A stretch of DNA of 64,000 nucleotides, from NCBI RefSeq assembly GCF_003704095.1, contig NW_020847208.1, positions 186,001 to 250,000 on the forward strand. Reading direction: 5' to 3'. The DNA comes from Pocillopora damicornis. Taxonomy: Eukaryota. A program made the position numbers and the translations under genes. The notes below the pieces were generated by a model. That model was not told the DNA's origin. It saw only the letters and a program-made list of their open reading frames with translations, and did no database searches. Shown one piece after another: positions 1 to 14,056 of this stretch (its first letter is position 1; each line of letters opens with the position of its first letter).

Positions 1-599
1 GAGAAAGAGCTAGTTCATCCTTTTCCCCTAAGATGAGAACGATCGGGAACTAAAATCTACCCCAGCAAAAACTTAACATCTAGAGAGTCTACTTTATTTA
101 ATAAACAACCAAAATTTGTCGATAAACTTGTCCCGTTGCCAAGATTAGAATATCTCTTAAACTTCATGCTTGGCTTGTGCAATTTTCAAGTCGTGTACAC
201 CAGATGATTTACCTTTTAGAAGTTTTTCTTTGACAAGACCCACTGTTTAAAAACTAGAAAGACTTTTTTTTCAAATTGGTCTTGAATGTGAAGGATAACC
301 TTAAAATTTTCGATTAGAAATAGTCAAAATGAACCTCATGAGGAAAGTTTACAAGAGTAAAAGAAACCTGGTGTAGCAGTAAGTGGGTTACATCGGCACT
401 CAAATCACTTCTTCTGCTTTAAAATCTACACAGAACATTCAGGCACCCTTACAGCTTGTCGAGCCCCGACACTTTGTTGGAATGTTGCGAAAAAAAAGAA
501 AAACATTCGGGGATTCATATAAAAGATTGTTCGTATTCAGTGTCTATGTAACTTCTGATGGAATGTATAGTAAAGTATGCAACACATATTGACCATTAC

Positions 600-3500
600 C
601 TCTATCTTTTCTTGGATTTTGGTTTCCTTCTCAGGGTCACTTTGTAATCGAATAAATTTGATTAATTTTTCGGCCTCGTCCATCCAGGCTCGAACTTCTT
701 TCATCAAGTCCCCCATCTGTTTCACCTTACTTTGGGTATCTTGAAGCTAGAATGTGTATTTTCAATAACGACAATGTTATTAGTTGTATCATAATTATCA
801 TACAACAGAAGTTCCTGTTGAAATTCACACTTACATGTAATATTTAAGGGAATTGCTAATAATTTTTTACTCTAAACTCACCAGCGCCATCGATTATTCT
901 TGCAACAATGCCATTTTTGGTTGGATTTATTTTGAAAGGGAAAAACAGAGGGATAAAATATAAGCGCTGCAAAGAAAACGCAACGGTAAGTTTCGTCTGG
1001 TTTTACTTTCAATGCTCACCACTGCTTTCCTCTCCTTGACTGAGTTGCTAATCGCTTTCCAGCATTCATCAAAGTCTTCCAATTGGTCCCAGATTGCTTT
1101 AGCGGTAGAATTGTGGTAGTCAGCATCTCTTATGAGTTCTTCTCCAATTTGGTGGAGAGATTCCAGTCGCGTGCCTTGTGCATCCATTTCGCGCTCTAAT
1201 GTCTGTTGAAAAAAAAAAAATACTGAAAAGGTGAACGATTGTGCAGCTGGGCCTAGAGCTGCTGTAAAACAGAACTGAACGAGGGTTTCTGTGCTTTTAA
1301 TTACTGATCAGCCCTTTTCGTACCTCTAGCAAATTCAAGTGCATTTTCACTTGTGCCTCATCTGTGATATCCGTTTGGCCAATAACATCCATGGTTTGCT
1401 CTTTACTTGACAACCAGGACAATAGAACAGTCTCTTCTTCGCGAAGTTTATTCCAGTCGATAAGGGCTTTGTAAAGCTTCTCTTTCCATTCTTCTGCCCA
1501 CGTCCACACTGCAGCCCAACGTTCACTCAAAACCTGCTTCCGAGAAAAAGAGGAGGGCTGGTGAATTAGAAATAGAGGCCCAATTTGTCCGTCCTAATTG
1601 CTCCAAATGATAATTGGTGATTACCATTCTCTTTCATCTTTAATCGGGAACAGTGTTTTCTATCATTTACACCAAAACATTACCCTAGCTGTTTTTTTTT
1701 CATGAACAGACAGGATTTCACACCTATTTTTTTCATACTTAATAGATGCGCCGCCTACTGATGAGATTTCATAAAATATTCCGTTCACACCACTCATTTA
1801 ACTCCTAAAAGATAAGTTTATTTGAAGGGGGATCTCGATGTAAGTATACATCTCCTGGTTTTTGTGTTTATTCACACTGAGAAGAGGGTCTCAATGGGGT
1901 GATGGGTAACGGATGGTTTCTTTCTGTTTAAGTTAACAAAAAATTATATGGTTAATTTTTTCATGACTTAAGTTTAAAATTTGTCGTTTTTCACGCCTCA
2001 AGGCTGAACTTTTTGCCGTTGTTCGACTAAAGGTTAACCCCATTGAGATTTTCCTAGAAAGATTATCACTCACTTTGACCCAGTCCCGAATGGTTTCATC
2101 TATAGCAGGATCTTCCATGTCCATATCAAGTATCATATTCACCATGGAATGATTAGACAAGTCTTCCTGGAATGTCTAGGATAAGATCGAGTCTTTAGAA
2201 AATGAAACAGTAGGAGGGGCATGGTGAAGTTAAGAGACTATTTCACTTTGAGACGAGAGAAGATTGAAGATAAAGGAATTCATCTTACTTATTTTATGCA
2301 AGAAAGATAAAAAGACCAGCTTTTCCATATTGTTACAAATCGAAAGCTTTGAAAAATTTAATGGATCTTATTGAGTAGGGCGACGTTTCTAGCAGTTTTA
2401 TTCTATATATAGAACCCTAAATAGGAGGGTAAGCTAACTACAAGCTCAACTTATCTAAATGCATCAGCCACAGTGGAAGGTTGAAAAATGTCTGACTTAT
2501 CAGTGGCTTTTAAAGACAAACGGTGGACGCAAAGTACGTTAGTTATTGAGTTCATTGAAAACCTTATGATTGACGATTTGAAGGTTTACTCCTTCGTATG
2601 TTGGCTCCACGTCATCATCTAAGGCCATCCGGGACTCGGCACGGACAAGCCAATCATTCATCCGCTCCAAGTGCTGATTGAGCAAAATTACATACAGGTC
2701 GAACAACCTACGGAGGAAGGAAGAATCAGTAAATAATGAATGAGTCTGCAATTTAATAAGTCAGCTTATCAACTATCTTAAGGTTAAGCCAGGATAGAAT
2801 CATTAGCCAAGAGACTGGACCCTATTCTAAAGGAAATTCCTTACAAGTATTTTCAGACTCAAGCTCTCTGGACTCCCGGGAATACTGTTACATTTTCTTC
2901 GCGAGTTGCTTAAAAGTCTTGGTAGGGTACAAGAGAGCATAATAAAATGCTCTGTTGGTGAAGAATGAACGAAGGTGTTTAAAATTCCCAGTGACATAAC
3001 TTTTTGGCTCAGGGTTGGTTATTCTTAGATCCCAAAATGCGATATCTTTAAGAAACACAATTAAGAAACTAGCGCGTCACGAGGGGTTCAGACAGGATGC
3101 AGTTTCATCCTATCCTGTTTAAAGAGAACAGAAAAACAATTACCTTTGATGCTCCTTATTCACGACTTCCTCAGTCCTCTTCAGTTTTCCTTCTGTTGCC
3201 TCCATTCTATCACTAAAGTATTCCTCATGCGAACTATCAAAGCATTTTTCGTTGACCAGATTTTTACCCTCCTCTAGAACATCATAAGTATGGGCCTCAA
3301 CCGACTCCAACTCAAGCAGAACGTCCTTTTCGAGACAATGTGAAATCATCCCAAACGTTAGTTTAGTTTCAAGTACGTTTGATCTTTCGTGTAGTTAAGC
3401 AGGAAGTAACTCAACAAATTAATGTAAAACGCGGTTTACAAGCCATTCTTTGGTGGGGTAAAACTATGCAAAAATGTGTCTTTTTTTGCTTTGCGAATAA

Positions 3501-6500
3501 CTGGGACTTCTAGTTCAGAAATTCGGGAAGCGTATTTCTCTTTCATTTATTTGAATATATGTATTCATAGTGATCAACGTAGAGACAACTTCTGGGGCTA
3601 AACGGATAACACACGCAAACTCATTAAACGTCAAACATCAGGGCTACAGATAATAAGAGTAACCTTGTGTTGGTCCAACGCTTTTTTCGTGGTCTGTAAG
3701 TCCATTGATTCTTTGTCCGACTGTCCTGCACCGTACTCGATGTCAAATAAATCTCGATCAACGGCGTCTAATTTCCTCTTCAGGTAGTCCACAAAGTTGA
3801 TTGAGCCAGCTGTGGAGCTGTTGTGAATGAGAAGATCAAGTATACGCATTTTGAATCATACCTTCATTAGGAAAAATCCCCCACAACTTCTCCGAAATAT
3901 CGTTTAATCTATTGAGTTATGGCTTTGCTTACCAAGGTGCATATGATCTCCCTATAATACTGTAAAATTGGAATAAACAAATAACAACAGCAACAATGAC
4001 TGCTTCTACTTTGATTTGTTAGTTTCATTCTCATTATAAAATACTATCTATCTCGGCATGGTCTTTGCAAGATTACAGTTAAGTTTGCATCATTAGAAAT
4101 TACGTTGTAAAGTAAAATATTAAATTAGGTGCTTTGTTAGGTTTAGTTTGTAATCTCAAATTTTGCAGAAAGAAAGGAATTTATTGGCTGTGTAAAAAAG
4201 ATAATCCGTGACCAGTGTTTCCACTCGTGTTTCAGGAAAGAAGAAAAGCCATTATTTCTTACTCATTTTATTCTAAGACCTTGGGGATTTAAATCATATC
4301 GTCTTGTAGACTTCTCTTCATGCTTACAAGACTTGGGTACAATCAGTGGTTCTATCAATCGCAGACAGGTTTCGAATATCTCAACACCTGATCAGGAAAA
4401 CTCGGATTAGAAAAAGTTTAAGAAAATGTCTTTTTTACAAATGATCTTTTTCTTTGATGCGATCTGTACTTGACTCTCATCGATCTTAACTATCGATAAA
4501 AGTTTCATAGGAGGGACCAGCAGAAAAAAAAATTAATCGCCATAGAAGAGAAACTGATAAATCAAGAAAGAGAACGGATGGAAAAAATTGTAACGGAGGT
4601 CATCCTAGATCGTTACAGATAGCGATCAAGAGGTTAGATTTAAGTTGCAGGATCAGAATTAATAAATGATAATCTCACCAAATGATAGTATTTGCCTTCG
4701 ATTCAAAGATGATCCACATGCATTAGTGTTCAATTAGTAATGCGTGTTTCAATGGATGTAATTTGGTGAGAAAATTGAAACAAAATCGCTCCTTACCCGA
4801 CGTTATTTTCTCTTTGTCCTCCCAAATTGATCTGAATTTGGGTCAGGTATCTATAAACACAACGTCAGCTTCGCAGGTTGAGATTTGTACTTGTATTGGA
4901 ACTGGACAATGCTTTTTGTTCCCTCAAACTTTTGACTTGACTCTTCTCCAATTTCAAGAACAAAAGTAATCTCACCCATAGCTTAATTCTCGCAATGCAG
5001 CAATGGGCTAATCTTAGCATTTTCGTTTACTTTAATTCGGATATTGAAGCAGCCGGCCTTTTTGGAATCCTTAGGCGTGTACATGTTGTATTTTTATGAC
5101 ATTCCTGGGACGCAAGATTGACCTCGCAATTTTTAAGGAAAGGAGAACGGAAGCCTAGAGAGAAGGCCTTCATTAAATAGAGTAGTTGAGAAAGTAGAAT
5201 ATGTGGCTTTTATTTAACGTAGTACCAAACGATAGGGCGATATTGCGTACCTTCTACGTTATACCGCAGTTTTACGCTGTCGCTTTGCAAAATTAATGTT
5301 TCTTTACCTGGGAGGACTGGACTCATCCTTGTCATATCTAAAATAATGAACCAGGCTAGCATCAGAAGACTGTTCGCCATCATCTTCAGTGCTAACGGAG
5401 AGCCAAGACGCCCGTCCATCGGGTTCTGTTTTCTTTGGATTTTCCTCACCAGAGATACGTGCAGTAGATACCAACAAAACCTCTCTGGTTTTATTTGTTC
5501 TGCCGTCAGGCTAAGGGGCGTACAATTGAATGACATTAGTTCCCGATACTTATTGCGAAGTGCAAATAACAAAGGGGCCTCGTAATTTGTAACGAATGTT
5601 TTATTAGGCTGTCTTGGTTTTCTTTATGATTATTCAATTACGTACCAGTGTTGTGTTTTCGTGGAGCGCCTCTCCCTTTCTATCTTTCTCAGGAGTAGCT
5701 GCGACCTTGTTGGAGCCATCACCTTCTTTTGCATCAATCTCGGCGTCACTTTTACCACTTCTCTCTCTTTCTTGTTCATCCTCTACCGTGCCAATTGTCT
5801 TTTTCACTATCTCATCAACAACTGTCTCTTCAGTTTCTATGTTCACAACTGGAGCTCGCTCTGTCTGTAAATTTAATTGAGATTCAAACATAAGGCTGCT
5901 CCAGTTAGAAACAAGAAAAATCTTAAATATTTGGTCATTCTATTATTATTATGACTTAATAGCAAACTGGAGATGGAGTATGATACCTTATTTGTGCTGT
6001 AACGCGACCTTTTTTTGTAATCACGAAACTGAGGAGACTCGATTTAATGCCGACTGACTATTCTTGATAAGGATATTTCAAGTCGACATCATTTTTTGTC
6101 TGAACATATTTTAAGATTCAAATCTGATATCTTTTGAAAAGGGCCATGGTAGTGTTCCCTTTACTAGGGACTAATGTCATGAACGTCTGTTTCTTAAGTT
6201 CACTGCGGCGGTGTATCTCATGTTATCAACTATTTACTTTGTCGTCAACTAAACATTTTAGCTGCCCACCAATGCAGCATATATCTTTGATCATTTACCC
6301 TCTTCTCTACTGTATAGGTAATACGCTTCTCTGAGTCGCTTTTGACATCGCCAGGTACCACCTATTAGAGGAATGTAGGTTTTAGTTTTCAGTTGTGATG
6401 TATCTTTATGGTAATGATAAACCCTTCTCTTCCTTTCAACACTCAAATCTCTCTATTTCAAAGAAACTTCAAAATTACCTCTTTATGGTTTTCATGCGTT

Positions 6501-9500
6501 TGACCATTCTGAACCATGCTGATTAATTTATCCACTCTGGCAGAATCATCTTCGCTACTTTGAGACGATAACTATATGGGAAAGAAACGATCATTTATTT
6601 TGTTTGTAGGACTTTTGATCCTGTTGGGATTAACAAACGACTACTTTATTTAACCACAGAATATAAGCTTATATCCATTACCTAGAACTTGTTAAAATAA
6701 AGCCATACCAGAAAGATTCCTTACTTTGTCCTAACCGGAGAACGTCTGTTTTAAGATATCACAAGCCAAAATGCATTCATTTATCTTGTACCGAAGATAA
6801 GCTCAAGAGCAAGATTTTTTCATTCTGCTTTATCATTATCTGCACTTTTATTGGACAGTTTTCTGCGTAAATCTTTTCTCGTAAATCACTGCTGGAGAAG
6901 TGTCGTCGATGTGTGTACAATGGGAATGTCTTTAACGAACAATCAATCGAAAGCATGCTCGTGTAAATGCACAAACGAGTATATACCATGTTAGTGCTGG
7001 AAGTGGATGTTACGTGACTATCTGATGTGACATTTCTGGTGGCGACCTTGTACTCGTATGATTCATTCCATGACATTTGAGGTGACGATGTGAACGTTAG
7101 AGGTTCGTCTTTGAGCTCCTGTAATAGTGAAATAATTCATCAAATGATGATAAAGACGAAATTGTTTGTTATCAATCTCCTTCTGAAACCTTAACTTAGA
7201 AGGCAATTTCAAGCCATCACTACTTTTGAGGATGTCATTACACAATTCCGTTGCCCAAAGGTTGTCCAAAATTCGTTTTGCTCCTCGACCGCTAAAGCAA
7301 AGCAAAGATGACTTCTTAGTTTAGTTCACTTTTAGGAGCTGCCGAGAACCACACATAAGCAATACAGGGTCTAAGGGTCATTTTGGTCATATGCTTTTGC
7401 CCGAGTGTCGGTATTATATGCATTTCTAAATTTTCCTATCCGGTGATGTAGCAAATATTCACGTTATCCTCGTTCTAATCGGCGGTTAGGAGCAAATCAA
7501 ACAAACCCAAATAAAACCAGACCACACCATACTACATTAAGTCATCTCCTCGTAACAAGCATTTAAAATTTGAATTACAGCGTATGAAAAGAGGCAGACT
7601 AGTAGGATGTTGATGCATCACTCGATGCACACAGTTCACTGGCGACACCGCAATTTATGTTCGTAACTTTTTTACTTCACTGGTTTGTCAAAAACGAATG
7701 TTCGTTGGACGGAATGGAATGTTCAACCGATTCGTAGTACAGGGTTGGTTCTACCGAGTTTCCCAGGGAGCTGGGAAAAGAAGTGATCTAAATATTACCA
7801 GAAAGAACTCCCCCCTAGGAATAAGGCCTGCAAGAGTAATGCAATCTACCAGCTTAAATCTATCGAATTTTCTTATCAATACCTTAGAGTCTGGACTTGA
7901 GGCTCTCGATGAATTTCTGGATGAACTGCCCGAGGGTTTTCGAAACGGTGACACAACAAAACCTTTTCGCTGAAAACAAAAAAAGTGAATGTCATTAACT
8001 TTGGCAGATCGGCCTTTGAGCATTTTACTAAGTCACTCCCTAAGATCATAAGCCTAACATGGAGGAAAATTACATCAACTTTTCACAAGAGATTATAAAC
8101 TCAGATTATCTTATCTTTCATCATCCTGTACTTTTAACTATTGAACGACTGTAAAATTTAGCATCACATAATTGACTGCAGACTAATAAATTAAGATGAG
8201 AGTGATCTTCCCAGTAACGAACATGCACTTACTGCTTGAAAATATAGCCTAAAAAAATCACCACTGCTTTACTAGTGTTTATTGGAGCGAGGATCACTTT
8301 CATCTTCATTTTAATTAATGTCAGCATTATTAGCGTTGTACGATTTTGAGTATAATTGTTATCATCACGAAACTCTACTTCGCAGCTTTTATTTGAAACA
8401 CTTGGGCGGTGTTAGAGGGGCAGTGTTCCGCGAACAAAACTGAACGAACTCGATGGACAGTCAGGTTACGGCTTGCAAAAAAGATCGGTTGCGACATAGA
8501 CTGGTATCACGAGAGGGAAAATAAGAACTGAATCATCGTACCCCTTGTATCTGAATCGATGAAGGGAAACCAGTCACATGAAGAACTCGTTCATTTCCCA
8601 CAGATTGGTTTTCATAGAAGACACTATCATTCTTTCCTTGATGAGTAGTGCTTGTCGTTCTGACATCATAAGTTGTAGCACGCGAACTTGACGTTTCATA
8701 CCGTGTGGAAAAGGTCTGTACTTTGTATTCCTGTAAAAGGAAGTCCAGAAATTAAAACCCGTCTGATACCTTATTTGTTTGCTTAATTTTTGGCAGATAA
8801 CGAATAACATTTTTATGCATGTATACTCACCGTTTTTACTTCAGATGATGTTTGTTTCCTGAATGTTTCAAAACTCTCGACCGATAATGCTCCGCTCCTC
8901 GTGAATTGATACAAATATGATAAGAAAAGCGTTATCATATTTTTATCTGGTGTTTCGATTCCAAAATCTGTAAGAATTTAGATAAAAAATTAAATTACTT
9001 ATCTATCACAGAGAATATACTGGACGTTATCGGTCAAAAACTAAACAGCAAAACCCCACTTCTAGACAAACTGAGTAAAACTAGCTTTTGGTAAATTACT
9101 TACATGTGGAAAACATTTTGTGGCTTAAAATACAAAAGGAGTTTGCCCATACGAAATTCTCATTGAAAGATTTTCTTGCATAGGCTTAAGGCTAGAGTAC
9201 TTGCATTATAGATGCCAAGTAATAACTTTACCTTCCAAGTCAAAAATGGGAGGTACTCCATAATTTTCAGTGGCCAGGTTAAGGGCATTTGCAAGACGTT
9301 TCTCCCCGTCACTTGCTGATATTGCATCAAAGTTAAAGTGAGATGGGCTATAAGATGACAGAAAACAAGCAACGATTACTAATATCTAAAGCAGACCTAT
9401 TATAGAGACGCAATCTTGCGATCGTTGAACACTGCCATGAAGATGAGGAATTTCTCTCATATTTGGTTTCTTCAGTTAAAGATATGAGGTGTTTTGGCCA

Positions 9501-12500
9501 GGTCGTAAGTAAAATATACTTATGTTCCACTCGCAGATTGGGCACCAAGGCGACGAGATAAGTGACCCTCGATAACGTTTAATGCTATGCATAAGTATGT
9601 TTACCATATCAGCCTGAATGGATACCAACACGAAAGGCTTACTTGAAAGAGTGAAGGAGCGCATTAAATGCTAAACCATCCATCCAGCTCGTGGTTAGGT
9701 TAGTCACTTCTACTTTACTTTTGTATCTGTTGGAGATCAAAGGAGTAAAGCAAAGCTATGTTAACTCATCATTAGAATTAGTCAACCTTATTGATTGCGA
9801 ATTCGTGAGAGATACAAACCCTTTCAGCTGATATTGACACCATCCTAGAAGCTTTTGATCGACTCCATAATCTGTTTGAGAGGGTTGAATCGCCTTGATT
9901 ACCTTTTCAAGGGACATAGTTTGAAACAAAAATTATTTAAGAGATAACGTAACAAAAATCATTACGATGTGGGCCGAAACGTTTATAGTGATAACGAACT
10001 TTGGAAAGCAGAAAAGAATAAGGAAAAAATAACTGGGAAAGAAGGTCAAGAAAGAAAAGACTTATACGGCTTCGAAGGAGGACACTGAAAGCTGAAAAAA
10101 TATTAAATTATCAGAACTATGTTAGACATAAAAAAATAAGTTGCCTCTGCATCCAAATCAAAATTTTAACAACCTGAAATTGAAAGATGATACTCCACAC
10201 CAAGCTTATCGTAGCCCGCTGAACACCGGATACAATCTCGCTGGCTGTAACGCTTCCTGTTCGGACCTAGGAATAAACAAGACATTAGTTGCGCATAACT
10301 AAACATAGCATTGGTGATTGACTTCCTGTTTTTCTCAGTGCTCAGGTGATCATGGAGCTGTGCAATCTCTGATTGGTCGATACAGGGCTTCATTACAATT
10401 AACAGCTATTTGACGAATTCAGTAACGCTATTATTTGACAACATTCATTATTAAGCTTGACTCAGTTGCCTCAGGTTTGGCTCAAATTGTCTTGTCTGAA
10501 GAGATTTATCTTCTTATTTCAATTACACACGAGTCAATTCGAGGAGCAAGAAATGACAGTCATGGAATAACTCGATCGAATATTTCAAGCTTGTTTTAGG
10601 ATGCATACCTTGTTTCTAGCCAAGTGTCCCATAGCCTCCTGGATACTTTTAATGTTAGCTATGCGGCTGTTTTTCGTGTCTCTCAAAACTTTGATTCCAA
10701 GAAGTACTTCAACAAGTGTGAGTAAAACTTTCCCATCTTTCGATCCGTTGACAAGGTTAGAGACTCTTACCGGAGGATTCGCCTGTAGAAAATGTTTCGT
10801 GAAGTTTAGAATCATCAAGGGTAGCTAAACTGTTTTTGGTGTTGTGAACAAAAACAAAATTAAATTGACGGAAAGAAAACTGAGATTATTAACATGATAG
10901 AGAGGATATATACCGTAAGAAAAAAGTAAATAGTTCAAAATCTTAGCTTTACCTTGAATGATTGGGAAACTCACCCAAAAGCTATACATTAGTGAAACTA
11001 ATTCGGCTTAAAGCTGGACTCTTATATCTACTTTCCTAGTTTTTTTCTTTATAGCCCTACCACTCCAAAGCCTCCACATGTACTGAGTATGTCCACTAAA
11101 AGCAAAAATGTTAAAGTGCTATACTGGTCAAAGAGAGAAAGCAATCAAGTCGAATTCAATCGAGCAAAAAAGAGAGAATCTTAAATCTAAGACGACCTTC
11201 AACTATTACCCTCTGACGCCATAAATCCCAAGGTCATGGCGGCTTACACTCTTTCAAGTGACTCTTACTTTTGCTAATTGAAGATTAATCCATCGAGTAA
11301 AAACCCTCTCATGCCTGTCCAATTGACTGTCTGTGGAGAGAGCAAAATTCCTTTAGTGTAACCAGTCATGATCATAATTTATACCGGTCTGATGTAAAAA
11401 TAAGCGAGCACCTTCTCTCAGGACACCAGGAATCGAGACTCTCACCTGCTTGGACTTCTCGTTCCTAGCTCATCCCGCATCACGCTGATTGATTCTTTTT
11501 CAAAAAGTCAGATGTTTGAGCGAGGGTGCTAATATTGCCGAGATGGTCACAATATGCATAATGACAAGAAGATTTTTAAATAGTGTTTATTAGACATGAT
11601 AAAAAAGGCGTTTTGCATAGTTGAAGATCACGGTCGTTTGAAGACTCCCCCTCATCTAATTGAATTTGCAACGATGCCCTTTTTTCTTGAATCCACAGCT
11701 TTTTCCGAACTTCAAGGGCGAGTAAAAACTCTTGGAAACCGAAGTGTGCATATGTCCATTAAGGATTGCTATTAAACCTTGTTGCATAAAAATTTGATTG
11801 GGTAATTGTAACGCAAAGCAATCGTTCGTGCTTGCATCAATGTACCGAAAATCTCTTAATAATTCGATTTTTTCCGAGACGTTTTTTCCCCTTTTGGAGG
11901 CCTGTTGACAATGAAATGCTAAACAAAGATTCAGTTTATATAATTTACTGTTGACGGTGAGAAAGAGATTACTTAGGGTCTTAGTGGATAAATTTGGTAC
12001 GCGAAGTGTCGCTTCAGTTGTCTCGTACAGCTGAAGCTCTCGAAAGAACAAAAGAAATTGTTTGGGCGCGTTAAACCCGACAAAGAAGCGGTATCAACCG
12101 CCAAAAAAAATATGCATATTAATGCGCGTTATGAGCTTGCAAAGCACGTAAATCGACTGAATTGCACATTTCTATACGTTGAAGTTTTCAGTAATAAGTT
12201 TGCAAACAAACTTATGTTTAGCTGCGATGTAGCCTAGAATAATTTGTCTAAATCCACTTAACATAAGTTTCTTGATTACGCACCATTGGTTTCTGCTCTC
12301 TGAGTACGTATGTGCTCTACGAAGCAACACTTAAAAGTCCTACTGATACGTTCACTGCTTTTTAGGCTATAGTCGGATATAATCCTTAATAATTGGCATT
12401 CCACCTTCTTGGGTGAGAGCTTGAGATGCTGCTGTTATCTGCTGTTATCGCATGTAAATTATTACAATTAATGGGTATTCAAAACAAACGATATTCTTTA

Positions 12501-12578
12501 AACGCTAACTTACAGCTTATTTTTCTTCATGGTACCGCGATCTCTCTTACCTTTCATTAAGATGTATTCTGTGTTCAT
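600..12578 (-). CDS. Dystrophin/utrophin-like paralog 1 (CH1-CH2 actin-binding domain, long low-complexity hinge, spectrin repeats); 3' end runs off the left edge of the window
   Basis: Phase-consistent GT-AG exons in transcript order: 12551-12578 (MNTEYILMK, tentative), 11269-11330 (SQLDRHERVFTRWINLQLAK), 10609-10782, 10174-10266 (..SLVWSIIFQFQ), 9820-9902 (..QKLLGWCQ..), 9643-9726 (..TTSWMDGLAFNALLHSF), 9232-9347, 8831-8967 (..PDKNMITLFLSYLY..), hinge exons 8542-8730, 7883-7969, 6987-7118, 6479-6571, 5646-5864, 5308-5510, 4797-4850, then spectrin-repeat exons 3664-3817, 3144-3325, 2563-2707, 2074-2175, 1324-1533, 1020-1202, 600-746. This is about 959 codons in the window. CH motifs and the W-rich R2/R3 segment (ERWAAVWTWAEEWKEKL..DWNKLREEETVLLSWLSSKE) are dystrophin-type. 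The hinge exons and first exon are less certain. Confidence 0.88.
8193..8306. repeat. Short degenerate element with terminal inverted repeats (MITE-like remnant)
   Basis: Ends aagatgagagtgatctt ... aggatcactttcatctt are near-perfect reverse complements. Confidence 0.5.
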
Positions 12579-13704
12579 TGTCGATTGCGTTTGGGAGCGA
12601 TATTGAAGATTCTCAAAGGAATTTCTTCCAAAAAAGTGGTCTTTCAGCGAACTTCGAGTTAGTCAGAGAGTTGTTTGACTAGGGAAAATTGTTTGAAGGC
12701 TGTTGATAATCGGTTCAACTTGCCAGATCTCAGTCCATCGGCGGTTTTGCGATCGGGAACTCAGATGAAATCCCCTTGTACACTTCAGGTGAATATTTTT
12801 TAATCTTAGCTCGAAGATCTTATGTCATTCTCTTGCCATTATGGACAAAATGTCACGCAACACTGCCTTTCCTGTTGTTGATTATCTGTCATGTAAAGAA
12901 AAATTTATTACATGTCACATGCAAATTAAAGTAAATATTTTGTTCTAATGTATAAATAGATTTTTAAGATCATGGCTCCTCGGTATTTTGAAATTCGTTT
13001 CAAATACTACCGTTTCTGACAGGTTTTAATCTTCTCCTTATGAAGGGGAAGTAGGATCGAATTGGTACCACCAAAATCATGAGCGGAATGTCATAGGATT
13101 CTTTTTTTAAGAAAATTCCACCTCATTCGAAGCAGAACGGGATTGATGTCGATCGAAAGAGTCCACCAGTTGAACAACGCAATATCTTAATTTATCAAAA
13201 GAGGAAAAAATAAACGCTATTCAGGGGTATCGGTGGCGCAATCAAGATTTGTTAATGAAGCTTATATAGGTAGAAAAATTTCCAGGGATTTTAACCACTC
13301 CTACTCCTAAAAGGGAAGCATAACATAACATAAGCTTAAACAGATGTTAATGAAGCTCTGATAAGCAGGTAAGGTTACTTATGGCTTGAATTTTCCTTTT
13401 TTCACATTCGAGTAGGGAATAGTGTGAGTAGTAATAAGTATAAATCTCGAAACTTTCTTTTTGTGAACCGTGATTTATGATGACATATAATAATTCATTC
13501 GAACGCAAGTGAGTTATGTGCATAATGAGCAAAGCTCGGACAAAATAAAAAGTCTCATTAAATCGATGAATACTATAAATAGCTTTTGAGTGAACAGATA
13601 AAAGTTTTGATGCATATGTAAATTTCTTTTCATTTAATGCAACCTTAACATTAGAAAGAGAAAAAAAACTTACCAACTACCAACAAACTGAAATATATTT
13701 AAGT

Positions 13705-13875
13705 AAAGAAATGATCCTCGCAAATGGACCGTAATTTTGGCAAATACGAAAAGAAGCCTGAAACATTCAGGCTTCGACGGGATTCGAACCCATGCCTCCC
13801 AGGTACTAGCTGGTCCAACTGAGCTACGAAGCAAGACAATGGGAGCGACAAATATTTGCTTGACTTTCATCCGCA
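13705..13875 (-). mobile_element. tRNA-derived SINE-like repeat between the two dystrophin-like genes
   Basis: Minus strand has the Pol III A-box TAGCTCAGTTGG (13815-13826) and B-box GGTTCGAATCC (13780-13790), followed by a hairpin aagcctgaa-aca-ttcaggctt. No complete cloverleaf. Confidence 0.65.
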
Positions 13876-14056
13876 GGTCAAATAAAAATTAATTTCATTG
13901 CAGTTTTAAATATAAGGTCAGTATGTTATTAACACATCGCAAAGTGAATGAAACAGTAATTCCCCTGACAACACTTTTGTTCATCTCTTTGTCGATTCCT
14001 CTACATTACCATTGGCCTATAGTTAAGTTTTGTAGGGGAGCACATTCAGCTTAGGG

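Noticed and set aside
4260-4388. Possible extra exon of paralog 1 after a CAG acceptor at ~4388
   Set aside because: Immediate stop in the required phase; exon 4797-4850 joins 3664-3817 in frame without it.
5614-5880. Plus-strand ORFs 5614-5880, 5661-5870, 5346-5585, 7698-7973 and 10601-10828
   Set aside because: Antisense to exons of dystrophin-like paralog 1; no independent support.
13760-13835. tRNA gene
   Set aside because: A and B boxes are present but the anticodon arm region is degraded and the flanks look like a SINE body.
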